Below, in pieces: positions 29,793-38,945 of a stretch of 64,000 bases of DNA. How positions within the stretch are numbered: position 1 is the stretch's first letter; each line of letters starts with the position of its first letter. The position numbers and the translations under genes were made by a program. Below the pieces are notes generated by a model. The model saw only the letters and a program-made list of their open reading frames with translations, searched no databases and was not told the origin of the DNA. The stretch is from Bacteriovoracia bacterium (GTDB lineage: Bacteria; Bdellovibrionota; UBA1018; JBFWNL01): NCBI GenBank assembly GCA_050251055.1, contig JBFWNL010000003.1, forward strand, positions 311,961-375,960. The letters are read 5' to 3'.

Positions 29793-31325
29793 ATGCGGTA
29801 CGGATCCTTTGGCCGAATCACTCTTCTGCTCATTGTCTTGATTTCCACTACGGAAAAACCGACTCTCGCCACCGACCCCTCGCCACCTTTAGGTGAGGAC
29901 GGCTGTCCCGGCCTCGGCAGTTACGCGGTTGGCCCCGCCTATCACCGCAACCCCAACGGCGCGTTCTGTAAAATCCAAAACACCTCGCAAGGTTTCTTTA
30001 ACTTCGCCACCAACGGTAAACGCAACCGTGGGTATCTATCGGATCCGTCGATCCATAAAATTGGCGACTGGTATTACGCCACCGGCACTTCCGAAATGGT
30101 AGGCACGACGAATATCGTGATCTTCCGATCGCGCGATCTCGGCAACTGGACGCGCTGGATGACGGCGTTCCCGGAAAATTACGAAAACAATTACCAGACG
30201 CTGGTGTTGAACCAAGGCCGAAAATTCTGCCATATTTGGGGACCCCAACTTTATACCGATCCCAACAACCCGAACCGGGTGTTCATGACCTTCGCGGCGG
30301 TCGAAAACCAGGGGGCGAACCTGTGCACGCATCCCGACCGCATCAACCTCAACTCGCAATACGTGACGTCCATTTCCATGGACAACTTCCTCGCGCACCG
30401 GCCAGCGAACCCAAAATACTTCGCCGATCCGGCCGACAATCGCGCATTCGAGCCCGCGGCCTATTTTTACACCGTGAACAATAGAACGGGCGCCCAGAAA
30501 AAGTACGACGGTGGAGCGGCCGCCGGTCACCCCATCCCCACGACCGTACTCTACGACCGCCAAGGACCCAACCCCGGCGACACCTACTTCGACGGCTGGC
30601 GCCTCTGCCACCGCGGCATGGGCTGCACGCCCAGCATGGCGCTTGATGGCTCCGTGTTTTTTGATCCGAACCAGGGAAACAAACGCTGGATGATTTATGC
30701 GTGGATGGTCGAACGCGGCGGTAACAACTGGTACGGGCAGCACATCGCGGCCCATCCGCTCCTCAACAATTACAAGATGAACGCCGCCGTTCCCGATCAA
30801 CTCCTGCCGATGGCGTTTCGACTGAACACCCGTACGCCAGACCGAGACCGCAACGGCACGGTCACGAGCGACGGTTGCGTATCCGCGGGCTCCGTTCGCT
30901 CGGGACGTTGCCTGGCCGAAGGCGGGGGCGCCTTCTACTGGAACGGCTGGTACTATATCTACTACAGCCGCAATCACTATACGTCATCGCGCTACAAGAT
31001 CGTCTACCGCAAGGCTCGCACCTTCGAAGCGCTCGCGCTCGCGCGCTGGGACCAAGCCGATGCGGTGGAGTACCCGCTCGTGGCTTCCGCCGACGCGACC
31101 ACCGCCGCGGGCCGCAGCTACGGCAGCGGCGAGATCTTCGTCGGCCCGGGCGATCGCCCTTACGTGGTTTTTCACGCCAAGGATGCGGATAGCTGGCCCC
31201 GCACGCCCTTCATTAAGGAACTCACTTTCCGGGACGATGGAACGATCGCCCCCTTGAGCGACGCCGCTGGCGAGGTCCCGCGGCGGAACATCCAGTTCTT
31301 TATTATCCCAAGGCCACAACCGTAA
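29793..31325 (+). CDS. Secreted GH43-like glycosidase (paralog 2)
   Basis: LSDPSIHKIGDWYYATGT, IWGPQL, ALDGSVFFD, LAEGGGAFYWNGWYYIYYS, RTPFIKELTFRDDGTI; colinear with 20372..21910. Confidence 0.8.
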   Translation: MRYGSFGRITLLLIVLISTTEKPTLATDPSPPLGEDGCPGLGSYAVGPAYHRNPNGAFCKIQNTSQGFFNFATNGKRNRGYLSDPSIHKIGDWYYATGTSEMVGTTNIVIFRSRDLGNWTRWMTAFPENYENNYQTLVLNQGRKFCHIWGPQLYTDPNNPNRVFMTFAAVENQGANLCTHPDRINLNSQYVTSISMDNFLAHRPANPKYFADPADNRAFEPAAYFYTVNNRTGAQKKYDGGAAAGHPIPTTVLYDRQGPNPGDTYFDGWRLCHRGMGCTPSMALDGSVFFDPNQGNKRWMIYAWMVERGGNNWYGQHIAAHPLLNNYKMNAAVPDQLLPMAFRLNTRTPDRDRNGTVTSDGCVSAGSVRSGRCLAEGGGAFYWNGWYYIYYSRNHYTSSRYKIVYRKARTFEALALARWDQADAVEYPLVASADATTAAGRSYGSGEIFVGPGDRPYVVFHAKDADSWPRTPFIKELTFRDDGTIAPLSDAAGEVPRRNIQFFIIPRPQP

Positions 31326-31382
31326 GGCCCGTGGGATCCACTCGAGTCTAGCCGGGGGGCATGGTCGTGCTATAGTACGGCC

Positions 31383-31925
31383 ATGCGTTTCGCCCGCTCC
31401 GCCAAGCAGGTGGTCCACTGGGATCGCCTGAAAACTCCCGTCGACCACGCCGCGTTCGCCATCGCCACCGCGCTCGGGGCCGGGTTGTTCCCTAAGGCTC
31501 CGGGCACGATGGGGGCGATCTTCGGGTTGCCGCTCGCCTATTGGCTTTCGGGGGTCGACGTCACGCTAGCCGTCGCCGTCATCGCAGGACTTACGGCGGC
31601 CGGGACGTGGTCGGCCAAGCATCTCGACACGATCATGGGTACGGGAGACAACCAGATCATCGTCATGGACGAGGTCATCGGCGTCTGCATCACCGCGCTC
31701 ACGATCGAACGCAACCCCGTGCTGCTCTTCGTGGCCTTCGTTTTATTTCGCTTCTTCGATATCGTGAAGATCCCGCCCGTGCGCGCGATCGATCGGTGGT
31801 CGAAAAACAAAGGCGCGTGGGCCGGAGGCTTCGGCGTGATGGCTGATGATATCGTCGCGGGGCTACAAGGGTTATTCGTGATCTGGGGCGTCTCGAATCT
31901 GGTCGCGCTTTACTTTCCCGCCTGA
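31383..31925 (+). CDS. pgpA: Phosphatidylglycerophosphatase A
   Basis: KAPGTMG, D.QIIVMDEV.G, FRFFDIVK.PP, GGFGVMADD. Confidence 0.95.
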   Translation: MRFARSAKQVVHWDRLKTPVDHAAFAIATALGAGLFPKAPGTMGAIFGLPLAYWLSGVDVTLAVAVIAGLTAAGTWSAKHLDTIMGTGDNQIIVMDEVIGVCITALTIERNPVLLFVAFVLFRFFDIVKIPPVRAIDRWSKNKGAWAGGFGVMADDIVAGLQGLFVIWGVSNLVALYFPA

Positions 31926-31935
31926 AGAACCAGAA

Positions 31936-32949
31936 TTACGGGGCGGGCGAGGTGAAGTTATCGCGGAATGGATTCGTCTGAGCGGGCTTTTCCTCCCGCT
32001 GATTTTTTCTCCAAAGCTGATGATAAGCGGCGATGCCAGAGTCGGCCTTGGCCGCCAGCCAGTCCGTTTCAAGGCCCGATTCGGGAGGATCCTGCGCCGT
32101 CATCACGCGGAGGTCTTGGCGGTGAAGAATGGGAAACACGATTCGGGTAAAAACCCACGCCGAGAACCAGGCCACCCACTTGGGCTTGCCGGGGGGCAGG
32201 AATACCCGGGCTACGAACCAACTATGCTTCTCGTCCACGGGCGCGCACGCGATGATCGAACGTTCGCGCTTCGGGGTATCGTAACTCGCCAACCCAGGAA
32301 ATTTGACCGCACCATAAATTGGAAATCCCTGGTTTTTCGCCGAAACGAGGCCTTCTTTCCTTAAGTTACCCGTCACTTCGATGAGGTCCCCTCGAATCTC
32401 GCATCCAAACGCCGCGGCGATGGGGCCCAGCGTGGGGGGGCTGAATAACCGGTGGACGAAATAAAAATGACCGAAATCTAAGTTCGCCTCCATGAGACGG
32501 ACGAAGCTGATCGGCGTCTCCCGCGAGATTTGCGTATAAGGAAGCCCCCGCTCTCCTTCGTATCCGTCAAACCAAGGGATCGCTGGCAATTGAACACGGG
32601 GTTCCCCCCACCACAGCCAGATCAGTCCGTGCGCCTCTCGTACGGGATAACTCCGCGCCCTAAACCCCACGGGCGGTTTGCACTCCGTACCGTTCGCAGG
32701 AATTCCCGCACACTCCCCACGATGGTCAAAGCGGATTCCGTGATAGGGGCACTGAATGCAGTTGTCTTGGATTTTACCCAGGCTTAAAGCCGTGCCTCGA
32801 TGAGGGCAGCGGTCTTGCAAGCAGCTCAAAGTCCCGTCGCTTGTCCGCCAAAGCACGAGCCGCTCACCGAATCGCCGGATCGAAACGGGCCTAGCCCCCC
32901 CTTTGATTCGCTGACTTTCGAAGATCGCGTACCAATGATTTTTTAGCAT
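31936..32949 (-). CDS. Rieske non-heme iron oxygenase alpha subunit (VanA-like)
   Basis: DRCPHRG...CPYHG Rieske motif; EANLDFGHFYFVH mononuclear iron motif; C-terminal QD. Confidence 0.9.
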   Translation of the reverse strand: MLKNHWYAIFESQRIKGGARPVSIRRFGERLVLWRTSDGTLSCLQDRCPHRGTALSLGKIQDNCIQCPYHGIRFDHRGECAGIPANGTECKPPVGFRARSYPVREAHGLIWLWWGEPRVQLPAIPWFDGYEGERGLPYTQISRETPISFVRLMEANLDFGHFYFVHRLFSPPTLGPIAAAFGCEIRGDLIEVTGNLRKEGLVSAKNQGFPIYGAVKFPGLASYDTPKRERSIIACAPVDEKHSWFVARVFLPPGKPKWVAWFSAWVFTRIVFPILHRQDLRVMTAQDPPESGLETDWLAAKADSGIAAYHQLWRKNQREEKPAQTNPFRDNFTSPAP

Positions 32950-33148
32950 CCCCCACCCCGCCTTCTTAAATCCTGGTCAAGGTAGGGGCTCCCACAAAGC
33001 AGGGACAGGGAATTCTGGGTTGGTTAACAAAAATTAACCCGATATTTTGCGCGATCGTCCAGACATCGATCCCCTCGCGCCCGCATCACCCCTCGTCAAC
33101 CTTTTGACGATTACTCCACTCTCTTCGTGAATATTCCGAAGGGCCAGG

Positions 33149-34483
33149 GTGAACCTTCGCCTTCCGATCCTAAGCCTCGCTTTTGGATTGAGCCTTCCTA
33201 CGGCCTTCGCCTATCCGCCGTGGATCCGGCCCGCCTATGAGGGCCTTATCCGCTACGAGCAGAACTATGTTTTCCGCATCAATAATCCCGACTATTTCCA
33301 CTCCATCGGAGGACGATCGGTGGGTCTGCCGTCCAGATACTTTCCGGAAAACAAACCGGAGTTCAAGCTTCTTACGGTAGAACTCCCCGTCGATGAAGCG
33401 CTGATCTATGGATTCGATGAAATTCCCGCGGAACTAAAAGTCACCCGAGGGGGAAAGTCTTATGTGAAATTCCTGATTCACCCTGAATCCCGAGATCTTT
33501 ATATAGATCTCATAAAGAAGTACGGCGCGAAGGAGGAATACACGGCGACTTCGTTATCTTCCTATCGATCGCTGGTGATTTGGAAGGCCGATCAACCCGG
33601 ATCGGAACTCATGGTTAAGCTTTCGCTCAATCGAAAAATTGGCGGCGTCGTGCGAAACCTCGAAGGAGAGTGGATCCAACGGGCGAACGGTGCGTCGGCT
33701 TTGGTGCACACGATTAACCCAGAAACGCTCGAGCAAATGGGTATTGGTATGATCGACGAGCCGGCGTCCATCACGCCATCCGAAATAAATGGCGGCATGC
33801 AAATCCGTCGGTGGCCCACCGACTCCCCGGCAAAACGCCGCCTGATTCCGATGTTTAGCTTAGGCGCCACCACCCCTGTAAACACGCGCCTAAGCCAAGC
33901 GTCGCCCCTGCTAGAAGAATACATCAAACGCAGCGGCTTATCGGCCCAGCAGTTCATAGAAAAGCATATCATCGCCCCGGTCACCCGACAGCTCGCTTAC
34001 TTAGCGGTGGAGGAAGGCATCGTACTGGAACCCCACGCGCAGAATATATTGATGGAATTCGACGAAAACGGTCTTCCTACTGGCAAGTTTTGGTATCGAG
34101 ACTTTGGTGGGTTTTCCGTGGACCCTGGCCTGCGAAAAGCCGCAGGTAAAGACTTTTCGTTTCTCCCAAAAAACTTAACCCCTGAGAGTTTAAAACCCTA
34201 TTCTCCAGACGGCATTTTAGGTTCATTGGAAAAATACTTCGTGGATGGGAACATGTATGGACTGACCCGCAGTCTGGAAACGCAGCACCCGAGTATCAAC
34301 GTGGATTGGATGCGTACGACCTACTCGAAGCATATGCACGCGGCTCTCGCCGCTCGGCTCGGCACCCCTTCGGCTTCGGGTCGAGTAACCGAGTTGGCTT
34401 TCAATCGACGCTCCAACAACGGGAAAGCCGACTCCGCCCGATTGCTTTGCACAGCCAAGACCATGGATCAGCCCCGCCCGTGA
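33149..34483 (+). CDS. IucA/IucC (NIS synthetase)-like protein with a predicted signal peptide
   Basis: FLIHP, SSYRSL, VKLSL, EPHAQNIL, YRDFGG; N-terminus MNLRLPILSLAFGLSLPTAFA. Confidence 0.72.
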   Translation: MNLRLPILSLAFGLSLPTAFAYPPWIRPAYEGLIRYEQNYVFRINNPDYFHSIGGRSVGLPSRYFPENKPEFKLLTVELPVDEALIYGFDEIPAELKVTRGGKSYVKFLIHPESRDLYIDLIKKYGAKEEYTATSLSSYRSLVIWKADQPGSELMVKLSLNRKIGGVVRNLEGEWIQRANGASALVHTINPETLEQMGIGMIDEPASITPSEINGGMQIRRWPTDSPAKRRLIPMFSLGATTPVNTRLSQASPLLEEYIKRSGLSAQQFIEKHIIAPVTRQLAYLAVEEGIVLEPHAQNILMEFDENGLPTGKFWYRDFGGFSVDPGLRKAAGKDFSFLPKNLTPESLKPYSPDGILGSLEKYFVDGNMYGLTRSLETQHPSINVDWMRTTYSKHMHAALAARLGTPSASGRVTELAFNRRSNNGKADSARLLCTAKTMDQPRP

Positions 34484-34531
34484 CTTGAACGAAAATCTGG
34501 CAAATACGGAACGATGGGTTAAGTTCACGAC

Positions 34532-35110
34532 ATGCCCTCTCGGAATGCATTCCTCGGTGCGCGTCTAACCGCAAATCTCAAAAAAAACGACTTGAAGATC
34601 GTGCTGGTCGAAAGTTGCACGGGCGGGGCCGCGTCCGCCGCCCTGGCGCGTATCCCGGGGGTCAGCGCGCATCTTTGCGGCTCGTTCGTCGTATACCGGG
34701 AAGCATCGAAAATCGGATGGCTCGATGTTCCGCCCGCGATGCTCGCGAACGACGGGGCCGTCGGCCGCGAGGTGACCGAGCTATTGGCCCTACGCGCGCT
34801 CGAGTGTACTCCGGAAGCCGATCTGGCGGCGGCAATCACCGGTCACTTGGGTCCCTTTGAGAAAACTGGAACGGGGCGCAGTCCTGCCGCGAAAAAAGAT
34901 GGACTGATTTTCATGAGCGTTGCGGTGCGACACTCTAACAACGCACGCCATCAACCAGTCGTTTTTTCTCGGCAAAAAAAATTGAGTAAGCCGGCGACAA
35001 AAAACCCGATGACCATGCGCATAAAACGCCAGGCGCAGGCTACGGAAATTTTTTTAGACATGGTATGTTCCGTGCTAACCACACCTGCAGTGAAACGTAA
35101 GGAGAACTAG
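34532..35110 (+). CDS. cinA: CinA C-terminal domain / NMN deamidase (PncC-like)
   Basis: VESCTGG, IPGVS, VVY...K, AITGHLGP; immediately upstream of recA. Confidence 0.88.
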   Translation: MPSRNAFLGARLTANLKKNDLKIVLVESCTGGAASAALARIPGVSAHLCGSFVVYREASKIGWLDVPPAMLANDGAVGREVTELLALRALECTPEADLAAAITGHLGPFEKTGTGRSPAAKKDGLIFMSVAVRHSNNARHQPVVFSRQKKLSKPATKNPMTMRIKRQAQATEIFLDMVCSVLTTPAVKRKEN

Positions 35111-35115
35111 TCAGA

Positions 35116-36300
<1,185 letters not shown>

Positions 36301-36322
36301 TCGTCTGTAAAAGTAAGCACTG

Positions 36323-36360
36323 AAACGGGCCGGGGAGAAATCCCTGGCCCGTTTTGCTTT
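36323..36360 (+). terminator. Rho-independent terminator after recA
   Basis: AAACGGGCCGGGGA-GAAA-TCCCTGGCCCGTTT followed by TGCTTTT. Confidence 0.85.
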
Positions 36361-36403
36361 TAGCCAGGAGACAATTGGCGAGGCGCTTGCTAGATTCTCC
36401 CGC

Positions 36404-37024
36404 ATGAAGGTCCTCCTCCGAACGCTCCGAAAACCTCCTGTCCTGCTGGCGGTCGTCCTGGCCTCCGCGCTCGCGATCGTGGTTGGGTATTTTTACCGAA
36501 AGAATCACCAATCCAATCAGCCAGTACGGGTGGAGGCCAATGAACTCGTATTAAGTGACGGCCAGCGCATCGGCGGGCTCGGCTACGAGCTCAAGCTACT
36601 CAACGCCCTCTCGGAAAAGCCGCCGATCTACCTGCTGACTAGCTTCGAATGCCAAGAGTGTGACGCCCTTCCCGAGCTCATGGTTTACTCGGCGTTGACC
36701 AACCAAAGCGAAGCCATGAACTATCCCGGCCCGATTTCCGAATTCAGCCCCTCGAGCGACCTGGAAACCGTCACGATCTACGAAAGCCGCTTCTTCCACG
36801 GCGCCTGTCTAACCGACGTGCCTAACGGCGTCGTGCAGTTTCACAAAACCAGGGAGCCCGACGGAAACTGGCGCGAAGGCGTGACCGTCATCGATTTCCG
36901 GCTCGACGGAAGGATTGAGGGGAAACTGCTGGAGACCGACTTGCCGTCGATCGAGACCGTGCTGCAGGCGGTTCGCGAGCACAAATGCCACGAAGTACCT
37001 ACGCAAGACCAGGTGCAACTCTAG
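36404..37024 (+). CDS. Membrane-anchored hypothetical protein
   Basis: Single N-terminal TM segment; CQEC and two further Cys; TG-C-TAGATT 7 nt before the ATG. Confidence 0.7.
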   Translation: MKVLLRTLRKPPVLLAVVLASALAIVVGYFYRKNHQSNQPVRVEANELVLSDGQRIGGLGYELKLLNALSEKPPIYLLTSFECQECDALPELMVYSALTNQSEAMNYPGPISEFSPSSDLETVTIYESRFFHGACLTDVPNGVVQFHKTREPDGNWREGVTVIDFRLDGRIEGKLLETDLPSIETVLQAVREHKCHEVPTQDQVQL

Positions 37025-37066
37025 GGTTCCTGTGTTACCCCTGAAGCATCCGAACTAGGAGACCTT

Positions 37067-37615
37067 ATGCAAAAACTTGCCGCTACGATCCTCGTCACTA
37101 TTTTCGCCGCTACCCCCGCAATGGCCACGCCGAAGATCTATTTCGAAAATAACAATTCCTTCGATTTCATGAATGAGACCATCACCGACGGCAAGGTGAA
37201 GATCGATCCGAACTTCTTTGGCAAATACGACTTAACGGAAATGGTGAAAGACAACGCCGATGCTTTGAAGTACGCGAACCTGCACCGCGAGTACGCCAAT
37301 TGCGGGGCCATCTGGGGCGCGAGCACCTTCGTCGTGGGGCTCACGGGGTTAATCGTCGGCGGCATGTTTAACAGCGCCGGCTGGGTACGCCCGGGCTACG
37401 CCTGGGCCGGCGGGATCGTGCTCTTGGCCGGCGGCCTGGTCGTCCGCAATAAAATGACCCGCGCCCGCCACTACCTCCATCGCGCGGTGAATACTTATAA
37501 TGGTGTCGTGTATAAGGATGAAACTGAAGAAACGACGCCCCCCAAGTCGGCTTGGAACGTGGACTATCAACCACAGAATCAGTCGACTGCCGTGCAGTAT
37601 CAGTTCACTTTTTAA
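37067..37615 (+). CDS. Exported hypothetical protein with two hydrophobic segments
   Basis: AGGAG RBS, signal peptide, two Gly-rich hydrophobic stretches, C-terminal YQFTF. Confidence 0.72.
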   Translation: MQKLAATILVTIFAATPAMATPKIYFENNNSFDFMNETITDGKVKIDPNFFGKYDLTEMVKDNADALKYANLHREYANCGAIWGASTFVVGLTGLIVGGMFNSAGWVRPGYAWAGGIVLLAGGLVVRNKMTRARHYLHRAVNTYNGVVYKDETEETTPPKSAWNVDYQPQNQSTAVQYQFTF

Positions 37616-37705
37616 GTGGGCAAAATTTAAGCGCTAAAATCCCGCATGTGTGTTGACGCGCCGAATTTAGCGCGCTAGGACGTGGCCCCATCAAAGGGGG
37701 AAATC

Positions 37706-38398
37706 ATGACGTTATTCAATCGGGCCATCGTATTATTAAGTCTGTTGTTCGCATCCGCTTGCGGGGTCGTTCCCGTAGCAACTTCGCCAGTGCTCACTTC
37801 CGCTGACCAGACCGCGCTTCAGGCGCTGGAGAACAGCGTCCAACAAAAACAACCGATCATGTTTCAGCTGTCCCCGGAAGGCGACGGTGAAGTCGTCACC
37901 GTCCCCCGCAACGGTGACGAAGCCTACGCCGATGCCTACACCAATGGCGACCTGTACTTCCTTATCGGCCACCTCGCGGATGACTGGACCAAGGACGAGT
38001 GGACGAAATTTTATAGCGTCGCGAAGTGGTCGGTTCAGCGCAGATTTCGCGTCATCCTCAATCCCGTCACCTTCGTGCTCGACCTGAAAGAGGCCGTGCA
38101 AAACGAAAGGGCTTCCGTCATTATTTGGTCGAGCCACGCCGACACCAGCGGGACTATCTACGACGCCGCCAAGCGACCAGTCCCGACGAATATTTTTTAT
38201 GAAAAAGCGGGACGCGCCAAACGCCACTATACTTTCAGTAACTGCTATTCTGACCTGACGGTAAACACGTATTCGTTCCCGGTAGGCACCCAGATGACTC
38301 ACTGGACGGGTACGACCACTTCGGGTCAGTTATTCGCGTATCTCTTTTCCGACCGCTGGAATCGGGCCCTAGAAGAAACCCTGGGCATCAAATTCTAG
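37706..38398 (+). CDS. Hypothetical lipoprotein
   Basis: AGGGGG RBS, ATG 37706, lipobox ASAC; IIWSSH and FSNC motifs. Confidence 0.75.
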   Translation: MTLFNRAIVLLSLLFASACGVVPVATSPVLTSADQTALQALENSVQQKQPIMFQLSPEGDGEVVTVPRNGDEAYADAYTNGDLYFLIGHLADDWTKDEWTKFYSVAKWSVQRRFRVILNPVTFVLDLKEAVQNERASVIIWSSHADTSGTIYDAAKRPVPTNIFYEKAGRAKRHYTFSNCYSDLTVNTYSFPVGTQMTHWTGTTTSGQLFAYLFSDRWNRALEETLGIKF

Positions 38399-38425
38399 AT
38401 ATAATGCCGTAGGCACCCGGCATCC

Positions 38426-38457
38426 GCGAAGCCCCCAAGTAGACTTGGGGGCTTCGC
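38426..38457. terminator. Strong hairpin between convergent genes (probable bidirectional terminator)
   Basis: GCGAAGCCCCCAAGT-AG-ACTTGGGGGCTTCGC, perfect 15-bp arms. Confidence 0.75.
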
Positions 38458-38492
38458 TTCAATACCAAATTTCGTTCTGACGGATTTTCTTA

Positions 38493-38828
38493 CTACTGTT
38501 TCTTGAGGGGAATCCGACCGAGCGTCTTCAGCCGGCACTTGTCCCCTTCTATGGCCAAGGTGGCCGTGTAGCGGATGACCGGTTGGCCTTCCGACGGGAT
38601 ACCTCCACGGACATCGGCCTCTACAAACAAGGTGTCTTCGCTTTTCCAATTCCGATGAATACGGGTGGCGAAGTAGTCTGCTTTATAGATGGTCATCACG
38701 CTTTCCACAGCGCTGGCCGCGTCGGTGACGAGTTCTTCACAGATTTCCGTTTGGAGATCCCCGCCCGCAAAACTGCGAAGGGGAATGAGGGACATGCAGG
38801 ACAAGACAATAGCGATGCCGTATTTCAT
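38493..38828 (-). CDS. Small secreted hypothetical protein
   Basis: AAGGAG RBS; signal peptide MKYGIAIVLSCMSLIPLRSFA; two Cys in the mature region. Confidence 0.7.
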   Translation of the reverse strand: MKYGIAIVLSCMSLIPLRSFAGGDLQTEICEELVTDAASAVESVMTIYKADYFATRIHRNWKSEDTLFVEADVRGGIPSEGQPVIRYTATLAIEGDKCRLKTLGRIPLKKQ

Positions 38829-38945
38829 ACGAGCTCCTTATTTTGTTGTCATTATCCTTGCGTGCCGGCTTTATAGCTCATTGCGTTATATTATACAAGG
38901 GGAATCCCTTTAATCCGTTTCCGCGGGCTGGTATGGTGATAGCGC

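Noticed and set aside
34484-35115. LexA box upstream of cinA-recA
   Set aside because: No palindrome matching a LexA motif that I can support.
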